DNA of 64,000 nt, taken from NCBI RefSeq assembly GCF_024521635.1, contig NW_026250404.1, positions 1,302,001-1,366,000 on the forward strand, written 5' to 3'. The notes below the pieces were generated by a model that saw only the letters and a program-made list of their open reading frames with translations, searched no databases and was not told the origin of the DNA. The translations under genes and the position numbers were made by a program. This document shows, piece by piece, positions 39,066-51,011 of the stretch (positions within the stretch are counted from its first letter, which is position 1; each line of letters starts with the position of its first letter). Source of the DNA: Tricharina praecox (taxonomy: Eukaryota).

Positions 39066-41429
39066 GCCGAACCAAGCGGGACTCAGCCCGTTCGGTCGCT
39101 CGGGCCATGCCATCCGTCACAATTCACGACTGCGCACCGTTCGGAACTCGGACACTTGGCGTAAGGCGGCGTTTTAAACGGTGACGGGCTCCAGTAGAGC
39201 ACCTACTGTACAATACATACGACCCTCTCGCCTGATGGGCAATCCATTCCGCCATTCTCGCTTAGTGTTCGCCACCGCTATTCACCGTTCACCATTCGCC
39301 GTTCGCCGTTCCCCGTTCCCCGTTCACCATCGATATCCGTCACCGCCGTCTCGTGCAACAGCGCACAGCACAGCAGCGCTGCCCGTCTTCCCGTCTGCCT
39401 ACATACCGTACCCACTTACCATATGTACCTGGTTTGCGTGTGTTGTGTGGCATAACTAACTCTCGTGATGTGGCCGAACTCTTGTCTTGTGGCACAACTC
39501 TTGGCTTGTGGCGGAACTCTTGCCTTGACCATGGCATAACTTTTGTCTTACTATGGCGCAGCTCTTGTCTGGTGGGCTGGTGATTCCAGAAGAGTCCAAG
39601 ATGACTATGCACCTGTGTATGCACATATTCGCCTCGTACCTACCGTACTTACTTGCCTATCCCCGGTCTCAGCTGCTCTGCCTAGAGTAGATATCGTACT
39701 CTCCGCGGTGCCAGTGCCTGGATATACGCACCCACAGCTCGTGCCCAGCTACGGCGAGAGTGGTGAGCGTTTCTTACCGCATATCGGTGCCCATCAGCCT
39801 GCGTCGTCCTTTCCTCCGTCTCGTCGCCCCGCGCCTCCCCTTTTCCGCTTCATCCTCCGCTGTCTCCGCCGCCGTCCGTCCTTGTTGTGTCCGCCTGCCT
39901 GCCGGACATTATTATTATCCGTGCGTCCATAGGCACTCGCGATACCGTACATACCGACTACATACAGAGCTACTTACGCTCTCGGCAGACTCCCATTAGT
40001 TGGTTAGTTGGGTGGAATCCGCGCACCCGCACCCGCACCTGCACCTGCACCCCTCCTCCTCTTCCCTCCCTCGCCCTCGTCTTCGCCCATGCAAAGAAAG
40101 TCCTAGGACAAGGGAGCCCCCCCTCCCCCCCTCCAGAAGCGCGTTCTCCACGAGGGATCCCTAGACACCACCTACTCTACTTTACTCCACATACCTTGCC
40201 TGGAAAGCCCCTCCCCCGACTCGCTCTATTCCACCCGCATTGGAGCGGAGAGAGACACATCCACTCCATCCACTCCATCTGCCTACTCTGCACACACGCA
40301 GACGTCGTTAATCAACAACACCACCACCACCTGCCCTGATCCACCGACTCACCTACTTTACCTACATCTTACTTACTCACTTCCTTACTCACCTACCTCT
40401 TGCTCTACCCCATATCCACATACCACTACTCTACTTTGCCCTCTTCTTCGCCCCCAAAGTCCCAGGCACTTAACCTCCCTTGGCCCCCCTACATACCGGG
40501 TACCACAAGCCTTCTCCAACAATCACTACTACCATACTACCAAAGTACCTACCTATCCAAGTACCTATCCCCCTCCAGGGCCAGATCTGCCGACTTACCG
40601 GCCTGCTCTCCACATAGCAATAGGCTTTGCACTACCGTACACCACGCTGAGTACATGCCATAAAAAAAGTATCTCCTCCGTTCTCCCCTCCGAATCAAAC
40701 GCCTACATACCTCCTCCTCCCGCCGGCAACGCTTATTATTATCCTCGTCCTTCACTGTACGCACGTACTCTGGCCATCGTTCGTCTCCCTTCATCTCACC
40801 ACACTCCCCCTCCCCCACTCATCCTCCCCCCCCCCCCCACCCCGCCCTCTGCTGCTGCTAGTTGCATTTTGCGACTCAATCTTACCTTCCCTTAGTCTCT
40901 CCTAGTCGGTCTTTCCTTCCGTCACGCAGGTCTCCTTGAACCGTGTCGAACCTGTGTCCCTCCTTCCGAAGGCAACGCCAACCAACCCGGCGCAACCTCC
41001 ACTCTTCCATCCAACACACAACTCCATCCAGCCAACCACATTGCGACCCACCTAACGGCTTTTACTGCTCTGCCTTCAGTCGCTCTGCAACCCAACTGAC
41101 GCCTGCGCCCGCCAGTCGTCCCCCACCATCACCCGACACATCACCCGTAGCGACGTTCTCACGGCCTCACGGCCTCTCCCGTATCTTCTCCTCCTCCCGC
41201 GTCGTCGTCCTCTCGCCCTCCCTCCGACCGAAAGCTTTCTGTCCGATTAACTCGCACTGCCCACGGAACGAACTTTAGACGACTTTACCGCAGTCGTCCC
41301 CCCCTCCCCCCCCCCCCCCCCCCCCCCCCCCCCACACACACACACCCTCACACACCCCCCCCGTTCGGTTCGATTCAGCCTACACTTGTCGCTCTTTAAT
41401 TCGATTCAACCGCTTCACATCTGTCGCCC

Positions 41430-43084
41430 ATGATGGCCACTATTAATCCCACTCCGTGGGAGTCCGCGCGCCGACCATCAGTGGGGCCTTCCGGCCAGAC
41501 CCTTCCTTCGATCGGCAACCTCGCAGGCCTCAATGGTTCGTCGCCTGCAGATGGATCCAGAGACTCGGGGAACTGGTCATTAACATCCTCACAAAGAACA
41601 AGCAACAGTAAGTTCCTGCCCTTTTTGCCCCCTCCCCGAATCGTGCTGGGCGTGTCTTGCGCTGGTTTTGGTAGCTTATCGCTGAGACAGTATCCGAAGT
41701 CACACTACCACCGATCGATGCCCACACGCGAAATAGCCCCGGGGAGCAACATAACAGCAACCCTTTATACTCACAGACATCTCCCGCGTCCGCTGCTTTC
41801 GGTGCATCGACAACGAGCCTTCACAGTACGCACACGACGCCTCCCGGAAACAATCACTACCACCCCCACAATGGAGAACTCCCGACACCTTCACCGTCGG
41901 CATCTCGCCGAAGCAGCTTCGACAGCAGACTAGGAAACCTCCAGCTGTCGTCACCCGTCAACGGAACTCCAGCAGCGAGCCAGATCAGCCTCAACAGTAC
42001 GCTGCTGAACAGCAACAGGGACAGCTTGACTTCGCAGATGCAGCGCGAACGTGGCATCCAGAGCAACTCTCCGTGTCAACCACCGCAACATCTCAGCCAC
42101 GATAGTTCGAGCCAGCATCCCCCGCACAATCCGTACAGTATGCACTCGGGCCGATCCGGTGTTCCGCGCACGGCACCCCCGATCGTCGGCTCCTCGAGGT
42201 ACCCTTACGGTCAGGCGTCACATCCCAACGCACCCTCACCGACAAAGGGTCTACCATGGGCCTTCCCGGATCCGGAGATCATCGAGCCGGGACGACCGAG
42301 CGATACGGCCACCGCGCGAACGAGTACCAGCTCCCTGGCGGGATCGACGGCGAGCAGCATATACGGGGGATCAGGCTTGGTTACCCCTCACGTGCAACAC
42401 CAGATGCCGCCCATGATGGGAATGAATGGGAGCATGGGAGGGAATTCACTGCCTCACATCGGGGCGGCGACGCATCACCACGGGTTGACCTCCCGGCGAT
42501 CGAGCATAATTGGAGAATCCCAGCAACAGACAACGCCCTACTCTCGGACACCGGAGCTTCGTGTAAGCCACAAGCTTGCGGAAAGAAAGCGACGAAAGGA
42601 GATGAAGGATCTGTTCGATGAGCTACGGGAATCATTGCCCGCTGAGCGCGGTGGTAAAAGCAGCAAATGGGAGGTCCTGACCAAAGGTTCGTTGCACCTC
42701 GTTCATATGAGTACGATGAAGCTCTGCTTCCATGCTACACTCTTTCTTTGGGGAGGGGGGATCCTATACTGACGGATCTGGCTAGCAATCGAATTTGTGA
42801 ACCATCAGAAAGACGTTATCCAGGACAAGACCCGACAAATAGACGATATGCGGAACCAGATGCAAAGACAGCAGAAGGAATTGGAAGCGGCCCGAGCCGA
42901 GGTACATCAAATCAGAGGGATGCAGCAGTGCTCTCCTAGTTATCACTCGCACGCGCCGCAACATTCGCACGATGGAGGCTACCATCCCCAGCAACAGCAA
43001 CCGAATGGGAACGATGGGGGTTACCATGGACAATCGAATCATGGCAACGGCCCTGTCAAGATGCAGGGACTCGAGTCATGTTAA
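41430..43084 (+). CDS. bHLH transcription factor, S. pombe Esc1-like; exons 41430-41607, 41691-42686, 42786-43084
   Basis: PYSRTPELRVSHKLAERKRRKEMKDLFDELRESLP...KSSKWEVLTK-AIEFV followed by a coiled coil. Introns GTAAGT..CAG and GTTCGT..TAG keep the frame. Confidence 0.9.
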
Positions 43085-43711
43085 TCGGTGCCCGGGTAGA
43101 TCAACGCAACGTGTGATCGGTGGCGAAGGTTATCCAGCTTGTCGGTGGCCGACATCAGCATCAATTTCCTGGGAGTATTGCGGGGGGAGTCCAATTGCCG
43201 ACGGAGCGATCGCGAATCCTTGTTTTTATCTTATCGACCTTCCGGCTTGTTTGATGCTTCTCCTGGACGTTGCATGATGTGTCACCCAAAGCTCTAAGGC
43301 TACGGTCATACTTTTTATTTATTTTCCCGCTGCAACCAACCTTTCGTTTTTCTTAGAGGCCGTTTTGGAGTTAGTCTTTTTTTCGTACGGGGTTATCAAC
43401 CGCACTCAACCTGGGATCAATTTTTCTTTTCATTACGAAGGTGTCTGGGATATGTCGTCGCCGCCAGTCTGGCCTTTCTTCCTTCCCTTTGTGGTCCGGT
43501 GGTTTCTCCTTCTGGTTTCTCCTTCTGGTTTCTTCTGGTTCCTTCTTCTGGTTTCACAGTGCTATTCTTTTTCACTCCTTCCTTGGTTGTGCGATGTCAA
43601 AAATGAGGTTCACAAGGGTCCCCCCTTGAATATCCACGATTCTCTCCCTCTAACATGAGGCAGGCATCGAAAGATGCCTACAATTTGTCCACCACTCCAA
43701 GGAGGGCGGAG

Positions 43712-43763
43712 TTTGGGTCATCCAAATGGTTCGATTTTGGGTCATCCAAATGGTTCGATTTTG
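43712..43763. repeat. 24-bp tandem duplication
   Basis: tttgggtcatccaaatggttcgat x2. Confidence 0.92.
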
Positions 43764-46735
43764 CAGTCGTCTTCGAAATGGGTTCTACTTTGCTGGTACA
43801 CTGGCTGGCTCTACTTTTCTTTGGTTGCCACTTATTGGTTGCGCGGGCGTGCATCGTTTCCTGGGGAACCTCTCTCTTCATTTCTTTTCCTTAAGTCCAC
43901 TTAGGTTTCGGGGTTCCGACGGCTTTTTTCTTTCTGGATCTCCTTGCGTCTGTTACGTGTCTTGCCTTGTGCTTTATTATTTTTGCTTTTATCGAAAGGG
44001 CAGTTTTGGGGGCAAGGCAAGAGAGGGGATATCATCACATGCATTGCAACTGTGCTTCAACCACGTTTTCTTCATTAACCTTTTCTTTCCTTTTTTGTTT
44101 TATTGGATCTACTGTGGGGCGGGTTGGAAAAGGGAACTATTGGATTAACTTTGGCGGTTGGACGGGAATATGCTCTAGTTACTGGGAGAAAATGGGGCTG
44201 GGATCTTGTTTTTCTTTTTATTTTTCCATTTTACCTTTTCTCTAAGTACTCTTGTGTACTTGCGTTTCTATTCTTCGTACGATGGCCGGCCGAGTAGGTA
44301 GTGGATGAGCGGGGTTAGGAGAATCCTACCATCCCATAAACCCATCAATTGTATTAGTAAAGTAGGTAGTTTGCCAGTTCTCGTTCTCGTTTTACCCATG
44401 TGCCCGCACCATGGAAAACGTCATGGTGTGAATGCCACGAGGAAGGGATTCATGGTTCACTGCACGTGGTTTTTGGTTTATCGGCTCTCGTTCGTTCGTT
44501 TTGACAAGAAGCGTGGCCGCGCCGCGTGGGTCCGCCCCCCCTCCCCCCCCCCCTCCCCTCCCCCACCGACGACACATCTCGTGGTCAAGGTGTGGTCAAG
44601 GTGTGGGGCACAGGCAGGCCCGTACACACCGTACCGTACCGTATTCCATTATTATAGATTCCACTGTCGAGCCAATCACCGATAGAGTACGTACGCATAT
44701 GGAGTTAGAGTATATAGAGTACATACAGTGCATATGTACAGTCCAATGTGCACAGCTTACGCCGCATGATCGACGGAGCAGCGCTGCGCGGGCACCGAGG
44801 ATTTTTTTTTCCTTTGGGCTACATAAGACCTGGACCTGGTCGCTCCCTCGCTCGCTCGCTCGCGTGGACGATGGGTAAGTGGACGATGGTTAAGTGGTAA
44901 GTGGTAAAGTAAGTGGTAAGTTATGAAGGTGGTTACGACATGATCTTCCCCAGCCCCCCCGCCTGGGTACTGTGGATGTGGCGACCGGGGTTTAGACTTT
45001 GGCTAGGTAGCTCCCTCGTATGTAGAGTACTCCAGGCTCTTCCTCGCACTCACACTCTATGTAGGCTCTATGTAGGCTCTACATATGGAGGTCGCACTCG
45101 CACTCGCACTCTATGTACCGTACATACTCCTCTCCTACATACTCCTCTCAAGGCTCCACGCCTTGCTGTACGGTAGCCTGTTTATACTTTACTTTACTCT
45201 GTTCTATACTTCACACTGTACGCTGTAGGTACGTACAGCAGTAATCTACAGTACAGACTGCAGTACTCTGGCGTCAGAGTGTGGGGTTTATTCCACGTTT
45301 CAGTAAGGGACATGTGCATTGTGGATGTGCATTGGTGTTGAGCAGGTATGGGGTACGGTATGGGGATGTGGAAACATAGATGTGGAATAGATGTGGAATA
45401 GATGTGCATTACGGATGGATCATGGGGATGGTAGCTGGGTGAGTAGATCTACCCAAGTATCGTGGGAACGTGGCCGCACCACGTTGCTCTGGCCCTTGAA
45501 TCTTTTAGTTTTTACCTGGGGAGGGCGGGGGAGCTGCGTGATCGCCATGTGTCTCGACGTCTCGGCTCGTCTCGGCTGGCTCGGCTCGGCTTGGCTGGAG
45601 TCCAGACGGGAATGTGGCGTGACTATTGCGTCCCGGCGGCGGGTCATGGGCTAGCACTCGACTCGTGATCGTGACGCACTTTATCGACTTGCGGCTTGCG
45701 GGATGAAGCGGAACTCGGGAGTGCGGGGAAGGGGGGATTCCGCAGTCGAACCCCACGGTGCGGAGAGGTTGAAATGATTTGTAGTGTAACTAGGTTGCAG
45801 TGTCCGGCACTCTGCCCGGCACTCTGTCACATGTATGTACCGGTACATAGGTACATAGGCTCACATGAAGATCATCACTACAACTTACAACTTACGATAC
45901 CGGTACGCCTTGTCCTAAGGACCTCCTGCGTCGTGCATTGTGCACGCTTCTGACCCATCCGTTTCCATGGTGTGGTGTGTGGTGGGGGATCTCCGTCTAC
46001 CTGTTAGGTAGGTAGATTGTGCGATGGGCAGCGGGATCGAACGTCAACTGTGGCTATGGAAGTCTTTTCCTTCCTGGTTGGGAAGAGGCTATGTAAAGCT
46101 CGCGGACGTTTCCGGGCTCGATCCATCCAACTATCGGTATCTCGGGTCTGTCTCGGTATTGATATTTTATGTAGGAGAAGAAGCCGCGGCCTTTGGCATC
46201 GTTTTTTGTGGATGAAATCCCAAGAGGAAGGAAGGAAGGAAAGTATGTGGTGGTACAGGGGTTCGTATTCTACTCTTCATACTGCTACAGTATTTGGTAT
46301 TCGGAAGCTGCCAATGTTCATACGGTATGAGGTAAGTACATTACGTGTGCCCGCTCACATCCTAATATTAAAGGAAGCTGTAACTGTATCATCATAATAT
46401 GACCTATCCAACCTAAATACGTTTTTTTTTGGCGTGCCTAGGTAGATAGTTAAAGTTTTCCGACCACGGTATGTCCATTGTCAACACGCATGCAGAAACG
46501 TGCGTTCGCTTCAACGGCACACAGGTACTTCATACTAAACTCTGACGGAAACCGTAAAGCTACATATTGTACATACGGAATTGGTTACGCATTATTCCTC
46601 GTATGCCATAATAACTCCGATGCGGCTGCAGCTGCCAACCACTGCCTGTCAGGGTCAAGGCTGAATCATCAATTATCACGACGGTCATCAATAGTGTAGA
46701 GTATGATACGAAGTCCCCGCAAAATATTACGTCCA

Positions 46736-46800
46736 GTCGCCATAGCCTAGATATTAGACAGGCTGTAAGCGACAATAAATTGAAATTCTCTCTCTCTCTC
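46736..46800 (+). mobile_element. LINE/SINE 3'-end copy (stem-loop, AATAAA, (TC)7)
   Basis: gtcgccatagcctagatattagacaggctgtaagcgac-aataaa-ttgaaat(tc)7. Confidence 0.6.
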
Positions 46801-46804
46801 AACA

Positions 46805-47494
46805 TTCCCCGTTGCCGGAAGAGGAGTTAAACCAGGCCTGGACCAAGTAGTTCTAGAGAAGGCCGAGAAGCGCCCCAGCATCCAGATTTTGTCAGCTCAA
46901 GTCTGGACACGCTCCCACTGGCAAAACATCTTCATTGGACAACGAGCTGACTCGATGCGCGGTAGTTGTGGTGCAACCAAGAAGTGCAATTAGGGGAAGC
47001 GCTTCTTCAAGCACTGACTGCAATGCTTGGAGAGAAGAGACAAAAACGCTATGGCAACAGGTTGAGCGGACGACTAGGACGAGTCACGACAGGCACGGAA
47101 GGCGTAACGGCCTACAGAACGAGGATGCCAGCACCAACTATTCGCGGATCCGAGGTGTAGCGCGGCAAATCTGGACTTCTTGCGCAACGTTGGATGGTTA
47201 CTTAGCCTCCAGAGCGGCGGACGACAGGGAGAGTAGCCAGCGACTCAGCGAGCCCTCTGAGGTGGATGGGGAACGGGCAGTAGCGGACCGGGTCGAGGGT
47301 ATTGAGAGGGGTAAGAGATGAGCAGTGACGATGGCCCGTTCTGGACCGACTGGATGGAGAGGCGGCAGACGGCGGACGGCGGAGGGAAGTGGGCTGCTGC
47401 ACCGAGTCCGTTATCGGGACCGCAGCAGGATTATGAAGAGCACATCACCATAGTCTGGATAGGCTGCATGCGATCAATGAAGAAACACAAAAAG
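46805..47494 (+). mobile_element. Degenerate 5'-truncated non-LTR retrotransposon (Tad1/I-like LINE): ORF2 C-terminus plus 3' end
   Basis: Frameshifted fragments AEKR-ASRFCQLKSGHAPTG..HLHW, WCN, FKH..CNAWREETKTLWQQV and LFADPRCSAANLDFL resemble the C-terminal zinc-knuckle region of fungal LINE ORF2. Ends in the shared stem-loop at 47444-47474. Confidence 0.75.
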
Positions 47495-47590
47495 CAACGC
47501 TTTGTGTTTGACGGGTATGAAATTAAATACAAGAATAAGCACGCCATCGAGCCGGTATCCCCTTTTATATCGTACATATGCCGAGAGAAT

Positions 47591-48373
47591 CTACCTCTTC
47601 TTCTTGCTCTCTTTCTTCGTTCCCTTGGCCGTCTCCTCCTCCGCCGCAGCAATCAACAGGTTCAGCCTGGCGATCTCCCTGCGGAGCCTTGACACCGCCC
47701 TCCACCCCTCGATCCACGAGGTGATGACCCACAGATACCTCCCCTTGCTGTCCCCGCTCCAGTGCTTGTCCAGCAGATCCTTCATTTCATTCACATCCTT
47801 ACTCCTCTTGATCAGGACACCACAATGCACCGCCACGGCGATGTTGAACCTCCTTTCGGTGGTGAACACGAACTGCTCGACGACTCCGACGCCGAGCAGG
47901 TACGCGGCGATGAGTAGCGTGAAGCCCATAAACACCGCGACGCCGCTCCAGTCGCCCCAGTGATTCGGCGGGATGAACCTGTCGACGGGGGCGTCCTTCG
48001 TCTCGGTGAACCTCGTGATGCGATCCTTGATCTCCGCGACCCACTTCGCGGTCTCGGTCTCGCTAGCATCGACCGGCAGCACAGGGAGCAGCGGCGCAAT
48101 CCGGATCGTGTGCGTCTGCTTCAGCGGCAGGTACCAGTACTCGCGCACCGGCTGGAGATAGTAGATGCTGATGCTGTCGGCGGTGAGGGCGACCACGCGC
48201 GGCTCCTTAGGCTTGTGCGCCTGCACGTGGCGCTCAAGAACCGTGCCGAGGACCTCTTCGGTGATCGCCGCGGTAACGATGTCTTGCAGGGCGACGGGGA
48301 GCTCGTCTTCCTTTTTGGGGGGCGACAGCGGCAGAGGATCGAGCAGGGCGGGCTGCTGGGAGTAGGCGGACAT
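47591..48373 (-). CDS. Uncharacterised membrane protein, 260 aa, resembling fungal DUF2470-type integral membrane proteins
   Basis: Intronless GC-rich ORF with TM helix GVAVFMGFTLLIAAYLLGV. C-terminal LLDKH...LWVITSWIEGWRAVSRL resembles that family (recalled, not searched). Confidence 0.7.
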   Translation of the reverse strand: MSAYSQQPALLDPLPLSPPKKEDELPVALQDIVTAAITEEVLGTVLERHVQAHKPKEPRVVALTADSISIYYLQPVREYWYLPLKQTHTIRIAPLLPVLPVDASETETAKWVAEIKDRITRFTETKDAPVDRFIPPNHWGDWSGVAVFMGFTLLIAAYLLGVGVVEQFVFTTERRFNIAVAVHCGVLIKRSKDVNEMKDLLDKHWSGDSKGRYLWVITSWIEGWRAVSRLRREIARLNLLIAAAEEETAKGTKKESKKKR

Positions 48374-49236
48374 CGTGGAGGGGCCTTGGAGGGGGGGTTC
48401 TTCCGTAACGTACGGCGCGTGCGTGCGTGCAAAAAAATAATTCCGTGGGAAAAGTGAAAGTTCTGTTTCCTATTCCTGTTCGCGAGGAATACAGCTTGGT
48501 TTTGAGGCACGACCTCGCCACGCGCCAAGTGTGCTCGCGACTACCACGTGCGGAAAGCGCAGTTGTGATTGGCGTCCGCTAGAAACTGTGTCGAGCTAGA
48601 TGTTTTTTCGTAGCTGAGGACAGTTTGCTTTTTTCTACTCTTTCTATGGCGTTTGCGAAGGAAAGAGGTCGGGCTTTTACGACGAGAAGATTCGACTGGC
48701 GTGACGTGGGGCAGGGAGGGGTTTAAATTCATCACACTTGACCTATACTTGCATAACTAAGACCTATCGCAGAGCAAGCGCATTCCGGGGATCCTGTCTG
48801 CCGCCGCGACGTGGGGTGGATTCCGATGCCCTCGGCAAAACACGTTACATCGAGTGCTGGCCCATGACAGGATTGGTATATAGCTCACGAGTAACGGTCT
48901 TGGACGGGACTTGGAAGTCTGAATGGCCAGACTACCAGCGAGTCTCACCACGCTATTTAGTCTCACGAGGCGGATAGTTGAAATAAGCCTTCAGTGCTCG
49001 ATTCAAGAGAATTTAGTGGTCAAATTCCCAAGCCGTACATACCACTTTCCAAGCCAGGCAACTTTCCATTCTTATCCGTGGATGCTCCTATGAAGCTAGA
49101 GTCGCTATTCATGTTGGTCCAGAATCTCAAGCCTCAGAGTTCACCGGACATGGCCAGAAACAACGATATCTACGCAGGAAGCGAAGCTGCTCAGTGGAGT
49201 GGAATGGAAGATTGAAATGCAGAGAGAGTATCCGGC

Positions 49237-50295
49237 TCAAAACCCATCGTCTCGTCCATCATCGTCCGCAATGACCATCTCAACTCTCAACCTCTGGACC
49301 AACGCCTCCAACTCCCCAAACTCCCTCACCTTCGCTCCCTTCCGCTCCAGCAGCCCCTTAACCATATCATACTCCCTCGCCCTGGCCTGACTCCTACACA
49401 TGACCTTCCTTCCCACCGCCACACCCATAGCACAATCTCTGCCCCTCTCATCCTCCGCGCGCGGGTTCGCCCCAAATTCGAGCAACAACCTCACCGCCTC
49501 GGCCCTACCCATTCTCGCCGCCAAATGCAACGGCGTCCTCCTCGTGAGATCTAAATCCCCAACTTTCGCGCCACCCGCGAGCAACATGGCGCACACATGC
49601 TCGTACCCTGCCTCCGCGGCAAGATGCAACGCCGTCATCTCCTCGCCCAGCGTCCGCTGCTGCGCACTCACCCCGTATCGCAGCATCGCATCAATAACCA
49701 TCGCATGCCCACCCTTCGCCGCAACATGCAGCGCCGTCAACCCCGCATGATTCCTCGCCTCCGACCCCGCGCCCTTCTCGAGCATCACCCGCACCGCCGC
49801 AGTATACCCATACTCGGCTGCGCAGTGCAGCGGGGTGAGATCGTAATCCGCCACCGCATCAACGTTCGCGCCGTGCGCTAGGAGCAGGCGGATATTCTCC
49901 TCCCGCCCCGAGGCGGCAGCGTAGTGCAGCGGCGTGCTCTTGTTCTTGTTTTCGGCGTTGACGTCGGCCCCCGCGCTGAGCAGCTGCGTTATCACCGACT
50001 GGCTCTCGAAGATCGCGGCATAGTGCAGTGCGGTGCTGTCGGCTTTGGTACGCGCGTCGACGGGTATGTGCAGCGAGAGGGCGAGCGCGCAGAGTGAGGG
50101 GTTGCGGCGCGCGGCGGCGAGGTGGAGGGGCGTTTCGAGTTGGCTGGTGAGGTGCGTTGGGAGGCTGCGCGCGAGTTCGGTTTGGAGGAGGGAGTGCAAG
50201 TGGGTGGAGGTGAGGATTAGTGCGCCGAGACTGCCGGCGGGCAGGAAGGAAGCAATGAGGAGGATCAGTTCGCCGGGAAGAGTGGGAAGAGACAT
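49237..50295 (-). CDS. Ankyrin-repeat protein with N-terminal F-box-like motif
   Basis: MSLPTLPGELILLIASFL (F-box-like), then ~7 repeats of TPLH/TALHxAA...LLxxGAxV. Confidence 0.9.
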   Translation of the reverse strand: MSLPTLPGELILLIASFLPAGSLGALILTSTHLHSLLQTELARSLPTHLTSQLETPLHLAAARRNPSLCALALSLHIPVDARTKADSTALHYAAIFESQSVITQLLSAGADVNAENKNKSTPLHYAAASGREENIRLLLAHGANVDAVADYDLTPLHCAAEYGYTAAVRVMLEKGAGSEARNHAGLTALHVAAKGGHAMVIDAMLRYGVSAQQRTLGEEMTALHLAAEAGYEHVCAMLLAGGAKVGDLDLTRRTPLHLAARMGRAEAVRLLLEFGANPRAEDERGRDCAMGVAVGRKVMCRSQARAREYDMVKGLLERKGAKVREFGELEALVQRLRVEMVIADDDGRDDGF

Positions 50296-51011
50296 CGTGG
50301 TGTTTCTTCTGATAAGGTTGTAGTGGGGATTTGGGTATTGTATTGCAGTTATCTCGGAGATAGGCGGAGGTATGTAGATGGGAATGCGGAGTGCAGAATA
50401 CGTCACCTAACGTCATGGATATTGTGGCGAGAATATGGCCGGCCTGACTGTTGTTCGGGCCGTGAGTGTTTTATGGCAGTGAGCTTGGATTCATCATAGA
50501 ATAGGGCCTGTCAGCCAATATGTTGCCAAACGGAAATGTCTCCAACGCGGTGCTGTTCCGTGAGAATTCGAGCTTCCATTGAACGATCCGGCAAGGCTGG
50601 GACCTGAAGACCCTGTGACCAACGATGATGCCATCCAAAGGAATACCTCATGTGGCCTAAAGCGCCAGGACGCCAGTGACGAAAAGGCCCAAGAAGCTGA
50701 AGATCGAAGCAAAGGAGATCACAGAGCACGCACGGGGAAGGTAGTGCGGGCACATACCCACGGCAAGTTCCCCCGACTTGCATCTGCTCGGTTAGCCGGT
50801 AGGGAGCATGTACATAGGAGAGCCGCACGATCCACGGCCACCAATACCTTGCCGAGGCACATGCCAGACCTGTAGTACTCTACAGCACACCGACCACCGA
50901 CCACCACCAACGCGAACTTTCATCCTCCCCGAATCCCAATCCATTGCTTCTCCATGCTCCGATAGCTCACACGCGTATACTCGATCACCACTCAGCTCAT
51001 ACTCGCACAAC

